A stretch of DNA of 64,000 bases, taken from the NCBI GenBank assembly GCA_000146465.1, contig CP001947.1; one strand, written 5' to 3'. This document shows positions 39,086 through 48,274 of the stretch, piece after piece. The position numbers and the translations under genes were made by a program. Under the pieces are notes generated by a model. That model was not told the origin of the DNA, searched no databases, and saw only the letters and a list, made by a program, of their open reading frames with translations. Numbering within the stretch: position 1 is the stretch's first letter; every line of letters begins with the position of its first letter.

Positions 39086-40423
39086 TCATCTTTCTTGAGA
39101 GGCATCTGGGCTTCTTGCATCTTTAAGAAGCCTAAATAGATAACTTATCATCTCTTCTCTCTTGACAATCTCTTTCTTCTTTGTTGCTGTTTCAAACACT
39201 TGCACAGAGTTGGCCAGCATTTCGGATTCTCCTATCACAACAATAAACGGGATCTTCTTTCCCATAGCATACTTCTGCTGGCTTTCAAATGACGATCTTC
39301 TAGTGTAGAAAGTTTCGGAGGGGATTCCTGCATCCAGAAGAACCTTAAGAGTTGCAAGTCTTTCATCAAGAAACAAGCCCCCAGAAGCCCCGACATAAAC
39401 CATTGTAGACGATTCCTTGGTGTATTCTTCATTCAGTAAAGAGAATATTCTGGAAACTCCTACAGAAAATCCAACACATGGAATAGTTGCACATCTCTCT
39501 CCTAGATTTTCTGTGAGGTTGTCGTATCTTCCTCCCCCAATCACAGATCCCACTGCTTTCCCCAGATACTCTGCTTCGAGGATCATCCCGGTATAGTAGT
39601 CCAGTCCTCTTGCTAAGGAGACATCCATTACCAGGCTCCTGCTGCATCCAAGAATCCTACAGAGTCTAAACAGCTCCTCCATGTCATGAATGGCTGCTTT
39701 ACATCTTTCTATCTTGTACACTGCATCCTCCTTCAGAAGCCCCAATATATCTTCTTTCCCTACCAATTCTATGTATTTCTTGATAGTTTTTACTTGGTCT
39801 TCATTCAATCCTTTTTGAATAAACTCTCTTTCGATGTCTTCCCATTTCATCTTCTCAATCTTGTCAATGGTCGAGCAGATCGTCCCGTAGCTCTCGTAAC
39901 CAACTCCAGCCACCTCTAGAATAGAGGTGAGGATCCTCCTGTCGTTTATCTTTATTCGGAACTCCCCAATTCCAAATTCCCTTAATATCCTATCCACACA
40001 ACTAACCACCTCTGCATCAGCCATCATTTGGACACATTCCCCAGCAATGTCGAAGTCCGCCTGCACAAACTCCCGGAGCCTTCCTCGGACTATCGAGGGC
40101 TGATCTCTTCTGTACACCCTTCCTATCTGATACCTCTTCATCCTCCTTATCCTGTTGGACGCCAAGTATCTTGCAAAAGGAACAGTAAGATCATATCTTA
40201 ATGCACAGATCTCTCCCCCTTGATCCTTCAAGTCATATATAAGCTTGGTGTCCTCTCCATACTTGTTGGTCAGAATGCTCTTCATCTCAAACGTTGGCGT
40301 TGAGATCGGAACAGCCCCATAGAGCACAAAAACCGTCCTGATCTTCTCTATAATTTCCTCGTACAAAAAACATTGTCTTGGAGGTTCATCAGCTGTACCC
40401 TTCGGAGTCTTCAGACTTATCAT
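39086..40423 (-). CDS. HTS1: histidyl-tRNA synthetase
   Basis: Class II aaRS motifs are present: motif 2 FARYLASN...R and motif 3 GGGRYDNL, plus a C-terminal anticodon-binding domain. The ATG was verified. Confidence 0.9.
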   Translation of the reverse strand: MISLKTPKGTADEPPRQCFLYEEIIEKIRTVFVLYGAVPISTPTFEMKSILTNKYGEDTKLIYDLKDQGGEICALRYDLTVPFARYLASNRIRRMKRYQIGRVYRRDQPSIVRGRLREFVQADFDIAGECVQMMADAEVVSCVDRILREFGIGEFRIKINDRRILTSILEVAGVGYESYGTICSTIDKIEKMKWEDIEREFIQKGLNEDQVKTIKKYIELVGKEDILGLLKEDAVYKIERCKAAIHDMEELFRLCRILGCSRSLVMDVSLARGLDYYTGMILEAEYLGKAVGSVIGGGRYDNLTENLGERCATIPCVGFSVGVSRIFSLLNEEYTKESSTMVYVGASGGLFLDERLATLKVLLDAGIPSETFYTRRSSFESQQKYAMGKKIPFIVVIGESEMLANSVQVFETATKKKEIVKREEMISYLFRLLKDARSPDASQER

Positions 40424-40510
40424 TCCAGGGGCTTTTGATTTGTTTTACAGGTCTTCCCTGTTTCCCTTGTTTCATGATCTGGTTAAATCTGCTGCGCAAA
40501 CAACATTCAA

Positions 40511-43072
40511 ATGCTTGATAGAGAGCACATTGTTCCTACTCCGATTGTAGAAAATCATCAACCTCTGGATGCTTTGATAGAGGAGTTGGCTCTGCTGAGG
40601 GGAGACAGGCTGTGTAAAAGCCTAGAAAGCATTCTGTGTGTAACTAGGCCTTTTACCCCAGAGCAGATGTGCAGGGTAGACAGGATTGTTTCAAGTCTCC
40701 ACAATGACCATAAAGAAGCCTGGTTTTACCAGAGGATATTTGAACTGGCTTTAAAGATGTATGGCTTTGGAAACGACTGGAGAAACCGGCTTCGAATTTG
40801 CAAACTCCATGAAAAACACAAGTTTAGAATTCACAGCAACGTCCACGAGTTTTCGTATACGGGGAGTATAACCGAGATACCTAGGATATGTAAAGGGTTC
40901 ATGGAAAACAGGAAGACCATCTACGACAGAGTAAATGTTCTTGGGTACTGTGTACTCGAGATCTCTGGGATGAATGATGGGGAGGAGTATGAGGGGGAGG
41001 ATGACATCTTCTATCTTATAGAGTATGTCTATAGAAGGGACTTGAAGACACTTCTGAGGTGGGCAAAGAATGTCCGAGTGATGAATGACTGGTCACTGCT
41101 GTACCTGGCAAACTATCCAGATTTCTTATACACAGAACTGAAGTATCTGAGCAACCCGATGATAATTAAGGAAATCATATTACAGCAGAAATCACACAGG
41201 CTTTTTGACTTTCTTTTCATTAAGATTTCGATGTTGTTTCCAAGGGAAGAGATGGCCAACCTGTTGGCCAATAGCTACGACAAGTCCGGAGTGGAATACA
41301 CAACCCGTATATTCTGGAAACTGTTTGAAGATAATGAAGAGAATGGGGAAAAGATTCTCAAGAAGTTCATCAGAAACAGAAAAGCAAAGGAGTTTGGAGG
41401 CATGTTTTATGAAATGTGTACAAGGATCGATGGAGATTATGCCGAGGCTATTGGTGTGTGCATTGAAAAGGTGCACCTGATCAAGGATAAGTGTCTTGAA
41501 GACCTTATGAATTCTCACTACTGGGCGCACGTCACCCACAGGTACGAGGACTTTTCTGTGCTCACAAGGCTTTTGATAGAGAGAGGCCTTCTGCCCAAGA
41601 AGGAATTCGACTTTCTTCAGGGCCACATGGATGCTACCCTTGAGAATCTTCGGAAAATCTTGTTTTTAGTCCAAGAGGCGCCTTCCAGACGAGAGGACGT
41701 GAGAAATGCCGTGATTGAGATTATTAAGAGAATGTTCAGGAAAAGGATGAAATGCGAGAAATGCAGGGAAAAGAAAATAGAAAAGACCTTAAAGCTGTGT
41801 CCTGTTGGGTCTCTTATTCAAAAGGGATCTGAAAGAGGGGAAGAGGACGGGTTACTGGTTATGTACGAGATACTGGAGGCTCTTCGAGATCTAGACATCC
41901 CAAAAAGGACACTCCAGATGCTTTCTCTAATGAATCCCGATCTTTTCTGCAAGATTGTTACCAACGATACTAAATACGACTGCTTTTTCATCAAGTGCCT
42001 GAATATCATCCTGAAAGATCTTGAAGGGAGGTTCCGATGGGTTGTAAGCGACATTGTAAAAATGAAAATATTTGATTCCGATGGTTACTGGGAGCAGAGT
42101 GTCAGAAAATCCTTGAAGCTTGGGAGCTTGTGGAAGGCAATGGCTTCGCATGGAGTGTTGTGGGAGAAAGACCAACCCGGGATTTTGGCCCTGAAGAAGA
42201 ACGGACTCTATTCTCTCAAGAACATTGTAATCCACTCGGACTCGAGCTTCTTTGCCGAAAATGAATGTTCTTCGGAGGTGATTGAAAAGAAGGGATGGTC
42301 CTTTTTGGAGGACAAGAGGAATCTTGGATATATGAAAATGCTTGACGATAAGACAAAGCTGAGATATCTTATTAAAGAACTAGAAGGGAGAAGAGATCCC
42401 GAAAGCTTAAAAGTGGTGAAGGAGTTACTTGTATCCTCCTCCCGAGTTACGGATGGAATGGTGTTCAAGAATTCGTCTATTGTGTTCAAGGTGGCTAAAG
42501 TCTTTACATTGTATCTCTCTTTTGGGCAATATGAAGAGATAGGTGAGCAGGCGTTTGTTGAACTGGAGGGAGAGAGAGACAACCTGAAGATTGGACGAAC
42601 AAATGGAAAGCTGTTTATGAAGAAACTGAGGGAGGGAAAGGAAGAACATGTTCTTTTGGGGGAAGATGACAAGCCAAAAATGAAGGAGACTTTCAGCTTC
42701 TGGTACAAATCCTCGAAGCTCTCGTTTTGCCTGAATGGGAAGATGTACACCTCCGAAATTAGGAATGTGGATGTAATAAGAATAGGAGGAGGGCTTCGAG
42801 GAATAATAGAAAAGATATTTCTGTGCGAGTCGCATCTTCCTAAAAAGTACACTCTTGGAAGTTCTCGCCAGTCGTCTTTGTATATTAGGGAGCTGTCCAA
42901 GATAGAGAAGTTTCTGGCATATAAGAACATAAGTGGAGTATACATGGACAGCACTACGCCGTACTTCATGAACAGGAGACTCGACGTCAAGGTAAACAAT
43001 GTGATAGACAACAAAAATGTTTATTGGATGTGCCATAGAAAAGTCTTGAGTCTATTGAAAGAAAGGCTGTAA
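40511..43072 (+). CDS. large hypothetical protein (853 aa), no recognisable domain
   Basis: The ATG was verified. The protein is predominantly alpha-helical with a Cys pair CEKCREKK. Lineage-specific or highly diverged. Confidence 0.5.
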   Translation: MLDREHIVPTPIVENHQPLDALIEELALLRGDRLCKSLESILCVTRPFTPEQMCRVDRIVSSLHNDHKEAWFYQRIFELALKMYGFGNDWRNRLRICKLHEKHKFRIHSNVHEFSYTGSITEIPRICKGFMENRKTIYDRVNVLGYCVLEISGMNDGEEYEGEDDIFYLIEYVYRRDLKTLLRWAKNVRVMNDWSLLYLANYPDFLYTELKYLSNPMIIKEIILQQKSHRLFDFLFIKISMLFPREEMANLLANSYDKSGVEYTTRIFWKLFEDNEENGEKILKKFIRNRKAKEFGGMFYEMCTRIDGDYAEAIGVCIEKVHLIKDKCLEDLMNSHYWAHVTHRYEDFSVLTRLLIERGLLPKKEFDFLQGHMDATLENLRKILFLVQEAPSRREDVRNAVIEIIKRMFRKRMKCEKCREKKIEKTLKLCPVGSLIQKGSERGEEDGLLVMYEILEALRDLDIPKRTLQMLSLMNPDLFCKIVTNDTKYDCFFIKCLNIILKDLEGRFRWVVSDIVKMKIFDSDGYWEQSVRKSLKLGSLWKAMASHGVLWEKDQPGILALKKNGLYSLKNIVIHSDSSFFAENECSSEVIEKKGWSFLEDKRNLGYMKMLDDKTKLRYLIKELEGRRDPESLKVVKELLVSSSRVTDGMVFKNSSIVFKVAKVFTLYLSFGQYEEIGEQAFVELEGERDNLKIGRTNGKLFMKKLREGKEEHVLLGEDDKPKMKETFSFWYKSSKLSFCLNGKMYTSEIRNVDVIRIGGGLRGIIEKIFLCESHLPKKYTLGSSRQSSLYIRELSKIEKFLAYKNISGVYMDSTTPYFMNRRLDVKVNNVIDNKNVYWMCHRKVLSLLKERL

Positions 43073-43230
43073 ATGGATGGGGCCAGAGGATAGGCTTGAA
43101 TACCCCTTTTCTGAAGGGACCTGAGATTTGAAGAGAGCTGACCAGTGAGGTTTTAGAGGGATTCTAGGATAGGCAGAAAAAAAACAGCCAATTACTCCAA
43201 GAAAAGATTAAGGAGATCTGCAATATACTT

Positions 43231-43288
43231 GGGCATAGAAAAGAAGATGGAGTCAATAACGAGGTGTGTTTCTATTGGCATAGAAAAT
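43231..43288. repeat. two copies of GGCATAGAAAA in the promoter region of the secreted Gly-rich gene
   Basis: The first copy is GGGCATAGAAAAGAAG at about 43231. The second is TGGCATAGAAAATTAT at about 43277. The secreted-protein gene ATG is at 43302. Confidence 0.3.
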
Positions 43289-43301
43289 TATAAATAATCA
43301 G

Positions 43302-43601
43302 ATGAATTCAAGATCAATGAAGCTTTCTAGTGTGATGTTTCTAGCTCTGTCTTCTCTTGTCTCTGCTGGCTGGTGGGGATCGTCTTCTACAACCGAAGGA
43401 GGTGACAGCAATAGCTCACAGTTATTTGGAATGGGAAGTCAAGGGGAGGGGGGAAATCCCAGTACAGATGGAAAGAGTAACCTGGTTGAGGAGTCGGAAG
43501 GACATAACGACGAAGGTAACGAAGGAGGAGAAGGATCCAAGAACAACCCTGGAAAGAACGAAAACTCATCAGGCTTCTGGGAGAGCAAAACACAAGACTA
43601 A
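43302..43601 (+). CDS. small secreted Gly/Glu/Asn/Ser-rich protein (99 aa)
   Basis: A signal peptide MKLSSVMFLALSSLVSAGW is followed by a low-complexity acidic region (GGDSNSSQLFGMGSQGEGGNPSTDG...EGNEGGEGSKNNPGKNENSS). Confidence 0.45.
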   Translation: MNSRSMKLSSVMFLALSSLVSAGWWGSSSTTEGGDSNSSQLFGMGSQGEGGNPSTDGKSNLVEESEGHNDEGNEGGEGSKNNPGKNENSSGFWESKTQD

Positions 43602-43721
43602 GTCCCTGTGGCAGACATTTCTTGCTCTTGAACATCCTCAAGTGAAGAAACAATAAAGCTGTTGTATTTTTGTCATATTATTTATCTGGGATATTTTTAG
43701 GTAAAACATATAAGGTACCCC

Positions 43722-43854
43722 ATGAAGTTTTCTCGGATAGTTATGATGGGGCCGCCAGGATGTGGAAAGGGAACCCAGTCTAAGCTTATATCTGAAAGAT
43801 ATGGAATTCCCCACGTGAGCTCTGGAGACATTATACGGGAAGAGATGATGAAGA
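43722..43854 (+). CDS. ADK: adenylate kinase, exon 1
   Basis: The P-loop is [10 protein letters not shown] in [44 protein letters not shown]. The exon ends at a GTAAGT donor. Confidence 0.8.
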
Positions 43855-43877
43855 GTAAGTTAGGGTAGTAATTTTAG
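43855..43877 (+). other. 23-nt spliceosomal intron (gtaagttagggtagtaattttag) in adenylate kinase, phase 1
   Basis: The donor is GTAAGT and the acceptor is TTTTAG, with a TAAT element 6-9 nt upstream of the AG. Length is 23, which is 2 mod 3 and exactly reconciles the exon-1 and exon-2 frames. An unspliced read-through hits a stop 4 codons later. Confidence 0.7.
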
Positions 43878-44278
43878 ACACCAAGGAAGCAGAAATAGTT
43901 AGAGAGATTGTTAACTCAGGAGGATTGGCTCCTAACGAAGTTGTGAATAAACTGGTGCTGAAGAAGATTCGAAGCATGGATAGGTATATTCTCGATGGAT
44001 ACCCCAGAAGAACCGACCAGGCAGAAATGCTGGGAGACAGTGTTGACCTAGTGATATTTATTGATGTGGACAAGGATACATGCATTCATAGGATCTGCAA
44101 GCGAAATCATGGAAGGGATGATGATGAGGAGGAGGTTGGAAGAAAGAGATATGACGTCTACACGAAGGAAACAATGCCTATACTTGAGCTGTATAAGAGC
44201 TATGGAAAGATAGTAAGGGTGGATGGGAATGGTTCTCCCGAGACCATATTTTCTAAGATCTGCGGAATTATTGAATGA
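43878..44278 (+). CDS. ADK: adenylate kinase, exon 2
   Basis: The sequence continues NTKEAEIVREIVNSGGLAPNEVVNKLVLKKI...GYPRRTDQAEML...RYDVYTKETMPILELY, covering the NMP-binding and LID/core regions typical of adenylate kinase. The frame is open back to 43859. Confidence 0.8.
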
Positions 44279-44400
44279 TATATGCGATTAAATGGCATTT
44301 GGTGTGTCTTTGAATAGTTGTTGTGTCTTGAAGGTTGAGTGAAGAACTCCTTAAAAAAAGGAGCAAATAAAAGCAAAAACAAGCCCTGAAGAGAGAGGGG

Positions 44401-46638
44401 ATGAAGAAGAGGGGATGTTCGGAAGTCTCTTCCTTTGAAAGACACATGGACACAGTTCTTTCTGTCCCGGATATCCTAGGAAGAAAGGAAGTCTTGAGGC
44501 CTGTAGTGTTCTCGCACAGGGACGACTCTGAAGATGGGTTGGAAGCAATGAATGACAGAGAAGTGTTTATGGCAGCTCTGAGACGAAGGATGAACCTTCT
44601 ACTTGGTCCCAGAGTGGTTGAAAAAGCAGATTTGGATATTTACAGAGATGATAATGTCTGGATGAATGAGATTAGAATGAGCTCGGAAGAAAGGAAGGAA
44701 GAACTCTGTGGGGAAAAGAGAGTAGCTTTTGTTTCTGTGGACCCGGACCTTTATGGGATTGTTGCAAACGAAATTCCTGGGTCAGGAACGAAGGACGATA
44801 GCTTTTTGTATGTTAGAAGAAGAATAGTGGGTCTTGAGAGCCGGGTGGAGTTTTTGTTTAGAAGAAGCTGGGGGATAATGGAGAGTAAAAAGGTATTATC
44901 GCTTGCTTCGCTCGATAGCTTAGTGAGGAAGGATGGATTTCAAGGTATTGTGATGGTGGATGGAAAGTCAGTGGTTTTGAGCAAGGCTGTAGAAGAGGTG
45001 AACATTGGACTTCGAAACAGGAATGCAGGGATTATGGAAAACAATATCCGGGGCACTTTTACTATCCGAGTAGACGGACTGGATGGGTCGGGAGAGAAGC
45101 TCCAGAGTGTGAAGCTGGTATGTGGATATAGAGAAAGTGACTTCCAAGTTCGATTTGGATACCATAAGATGTATAAGGTAATGCCTATGGAGAGACTGAT
45201 GAACTACTATCTGGACAACAAATGCATTCCTCTTGGAAAACTTCTCGAAGAGCTTGTCTGCATCTCGCAACCTGGGAGTCTAAGAGACAATTGTTTAAGA
45301 TTCATAGAGTTGAAGGCCAGCTTGTTTTTTGGAGAAGCCGAGATATCTCCTTATGATGTTGGGAGCTCACTCTTGTTTTTTCTTTGGATGTTTGGAGGAA
45401 GTCGATTGTCGTTGATAACAAACAAGATCATAGAGTACATCGAGTATGTACTTAGTGAGCTAGACATCTGCCGAAGCTCTACCAAGGACTTTTTGTTCCT
45501 TCATGAGACATGTATCTTCATAAATAAGATCATTCTACTGGAAAGACAGGCAGGAGAGATTGGAAGCCATAGAAAGCCAAGTATTGGGGATATGAAGAAA
45601 GATATGCAGGTTGGAGTTGGGCCATCGGATTGGTACGAATGGGACGATTTTTGCCCAAAAGAGTCATGCACTGCCCTTGCCTATTACAAGGCAGCAGATT
45701 TCTCAGAAAACCTTGTACTCAGGCTAAGAAGAATAGGCCACCAAGAGAAGATGCATGAAGAAGATGCCAAGCCCATTGTCAAAAGCACAATTGAGGATCT
45801 TCTTCTTGAAAGCCTTAGGATCTCAAAAGCCGAGTGTATTAGAAGCCGATCTCCGGGACTAAGAAAGCTTTTTGGGGTGTATCGAAGAATGAATAAGATT
45901 TCTCAGAAAGGCCTTGCTAGATTTGTGGATAGGGACAAGACAAGTAATCTCATTATCTCTATTCTTGAAGAGAATACTGTGTTTGACTGTGAGACTCTCC
46001 TCCTGTGTACCATTTTGAAGGATATTTCACAGATTGTTCCAGTAAGAGTGTCTGTTCTCGATAAGGCACTAGTTAAATGCATAAGTGAGGTTGTGGAAAT
46101 GTTTGGAAAAAGGTTGAGGCGGCTTCTTCGAAAGGGCGAAGAAGATGTTGAAAATGCATTTGAACCAATAAGACTGTTCTTTAAAAGACTTCGGTATCTG
46201 AACTCGACTATACACGAGGAGATATTCAAGAGCGACCTGCATCATGCCATAGAAGAGGAGTGCTTCTACCGACTCCGAAAGATATCTCGAGATGTCAGGG
46301 GAGGGCTTAGACAGCTGGAACTCTGCAGGAAATTGCATGAGGAGCATCTTCGGATGTTTAACTCAATGAATCGAGAGATCGAGCTTGGATACTGTCTGGA
46401 AGAAAAGAAAGCCTTCATGAGGCTTTATGATGTTAGAAAGATAAAAAGGATGCTGAGAAATCCAGAGATTCTAGAGAAAGAGATATTAAAGATGATTGGG
46501 GAAGGGACATTTGCAGACGATAATGTACGCAACAGATACAAGCTGTATCTGTACGAGTGCATTAAGGAGAACGCCCGGGTGCTTTCCAAGGATAGATATG
46601 ATGAGACAATGATGTCTGTAAATAAATGCTTCATATGA
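44401..46638 (+). CDS. large hypothetical protein (745 aa), helical, no recognisable domain
   Basis: A long ORF with coherent codon usage. Could be a diverged tethering or exocyst-like helical-bundle protein, but nothing diagnostic. Confidence 0.5.
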   Translation: MKKRGCSEVSSFERHMDTVLSVPDILGRKEVLRPVVFSHRDDSEDGLEAMNDREVFMAALRRRMNLLLGPRVVEKADLDIYRDDNVWMNEIRMSSEERKEELCGEKRVAFVSVDPDLYGIVANEIPGSGTKDDSFLYVRRRIVGLESRVEFLFRRSWGIMESKKVLSLASLDSLVRKDGFQGIVMVDGKSVVLSKAVEEVNIGLRNRNAGIMENNIRGTFTIRVDGLDGSGEKLQSVKLVCGYRESDFQVRFGYHKMYKVMPMERLMNYYLDNKCIPLGKLLEELVCISQPGSLRDNCLRFIELKASLFFGEAEISPYDVGSSLLFFLWMFGGSRLSLITNKIIEYIEYVLSELDICRSSTKDFLFLHETCIFINKIILLERQAGEIGSHRKPSIGDMKKDMQVGVGPSDWYEWDDFCPKESCTALAYYKAADFSENLVLRLRRIGHQEKMHEEDAKPIVKSTIEDLLLESLRISKAECIRSRSPGLRKLFGVYRRMNKISQKGLARFVDRDKTSNLIISILEENTVFDCETLLLCTILKDISQIVPVRVSVLDKALVKCISEVVEMFGKRLRRLLRKGEEDVENAFEPIRLFFKRLRYLNSTIHEEIFKSDLHHAIEEECFYRLRKISRDVRGGLRQLELCRKLHEEHLRMFNSMNREIELGYCLEEKKAFMRLYDVRKIKRMLRNPEILEKEILKMIGEGTFADDNVRNRYKLYLYECIKENARVLSKDRYDETMMSVNKCFI

Positions 46639-46814
46639 TTTGATTTCCATATTGTGTATATCTAGAATTGGTGCAAAGACTTGGTTGGCTCGGAAGAGGA
46701 AACCAATAAAGGGCTAAGGAAAAGAAAAAAGGGAAGATTTCGGGATTTTATTTGTTACATGGAATGAAAAGGAGAAGCAGATGTTTATATAGAGATAGGA
46801 TAGGATGGAAACCG

Positions 46815-47624
46815 ATGGAGGATAAGGATACAAAGAGAAAAAAGAAGAACATCATAATAATCAATGATAAGGGAGAAATGTTGAGTGTGGCAAAGAAAGA
46901 TGATGGAAACATAACAGATGTGGAGAGGCCTGAGGAGATGAATACGAAGGCAGAGAGTGTTCGAGAAGAAGAGAAATCCCAAGAAAAGGAACAAAAAGAA
47001 CTCTCGGAAGTAAAGGACACTAAAGACACTTCCGATATGTCCAAGGACCGTCTGGAGCACTCTGAAGAGAAGACACCGGAAGAAGAAAGTAAGAAGGAAA
47101 CGAAGGAGGAAGAATCCAAAGAGAAGGAAGAAAGCCAGAAGGAAGAGGTATCAACACCCTCGAATTCCAAGGAGCCCAAAGACAACGAGAAGGCGGAAGA
47201 TGCACCCACACCCTCTGAGAAGGGCGATACTTTTGTTCCTCCTATACTCAAGACACTTTCCGAGAACTCCAACAAGGAGATATTTGAGGAGAGAGACAAA
47301 GGTAGCATAGTGGCCGAGGGATGGATTTGGAAGAAGAGGAGGATCTTCAGCTGTTTCTGGCATCAGAAGTATTTTGTTCTCACAAAGGACGGGGTTCTGA
47401 AGTACTACAAGGCCGATGGAAGAAGGAAGGCAAAGGGGAACTGGAACATTAAGGAAGCAGACGATCTCAGAGAATACAATCTTCCCAGCGAAGAGAACAA
47501 GCATCCTTGCAGAGTAATGGTGGTCTTCCCCGACAGCTCCCTTCTTCTGGCATTCGACGAAAGAAACACTAAGGACTACTGGGTGGAAAGGCTTAATGAG
47601 ATCATTAAGAAGTCGAAGAAGTAA
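46815..47624 (+). CDS. PH-domain protein with N-terminal Lys/Glu/Ser-rich low-complexity region
   Basis: The C-terminal PH domain is GWIWKKRRIFSCFWHQKYFVLTKDGVLKYYKADG...WVERLNEI. The N-terminal ~150 aa is a KE-rich repeat-like block (EEKSQEKEQKE...ETKEEESKEKEESQKEE). The ORF track starts 21 codons upstream. Confidence 0.6.
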   Translation: MEDKDTKRKKKNIIIINDKGEMLSVAKKDDGNITDVERPEEMNTKAESVREEEKSQEKEQKELSEVKDTKDTSDMSKDRLEHSEEKTPEEESKKETKEEESKEKEESQKEEVSTPSNSKEPKDNEKAEDAPTPSEKGDTFVPPILKTLSENSNKEIFEERDKGSIVAEGWIWKKRRIFSCFWHQKYFVLTKDGVLKYYKADGRRKAKGNWNIKEADDLREYNLPSEENKHPCRVMVVFPDSSLLLAFDERNTKDYWVERLNEIIKKSKK

Positions 47625-47678
47625 AAAACCAATCTTCTGGGAATAAACATTGATTTTTATTAACAAAATCTATGAGGC

Positions 47679-48194
47679 TCAGTTCTTCTTTGTGATGACT
47701 GCCTCCATTACTTTGAAAAAAAAGGTCTTTACCTGGCACTCGTCGAATGTTATCTCTTCGCTGAGGAAGTCTGGAAGATCCACGTTTCTAGACTCAATAA
47801 GCTTGTAGACATAAGAATTCTCCTCGGGTGTCAACACAAATCTAATGAATTTTGTAACATTGTTCGACACAATCTCGTGGGTTACCTCATAGCTTCCATC
47901 ATTCTCGACTATGTCAAACCCAACAAACTTCTTGTACAACAGTGCATCCGTCTTCAAAGACCTTAGATACTCATTCTCCTTCTTATAGCTCTCTATCAAA
48001 TCCTCTTCCTTCATCTTCATTTCAATGAGGATCTGTTTGTATCTAGATGCAGAATCAAGATCTCTCCTCTCCTCTGCACATACTGCCTTCTGGGGCCTGT
48101 TCTCTTTGGAATCAGAGGCTTCGACATCCTTTGTGGGTGTCTTTGTCCCCTTTCTTGGCGTCTTAAACGTTATTCTCTTCCTAGGTGTCTTCAT
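47679..48194 (-). CDS. hypothetical protein (171 aa) with N-terminal TPxK CDK-type sites, a coiled coil, and a C-terminal alpha/beta domain (RWD-like; possible kinetochore component)
   Basis: The N-terminus is MKTPRKRITFKTPRKGTKTPTKD. A coiled coil follows. The C-terminal segment is YEVTHEIVSNNVTKFIRFVLTPEENSYVYKLIE. Assignment is speculative. Confidence 0.35.
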   Translation of the reverse strand: MKTPRKRITFKTPRKGTKTPTKDVEASDSKENRPQKAVCAEERRDLDSASRYKQILIEMKMKEEDLIESYKKENEYLRSLKTDALLYKKFVGFDIVENDGSYEVTHEIVSNNVTKFIRFVLTPEENSYVYKLIESRNVDLPDFLSEEITFDECQVKTFFFKVMEAVITKKN

Positions 48195-48274
48195 TTGTAT
48201 TTCCTATTCGGGGATCCCCTTGATAATTTTTTACAGATCCTGAAGACATCCCAATAGACATATTCTAAGGTATT

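Noticed and set aside
43722-44278. Adenylate kinase as a frameshifted pseudogene
   Set aside because: The interruption is exactly a GTAAGT…AG element of 23 nt (2 mod 3) that restores the frame. Both halves are otherwise intact with all catalytic motifs, so an intron is the more parsimonious explanation. It was kept as an explicit alternative in the finding.
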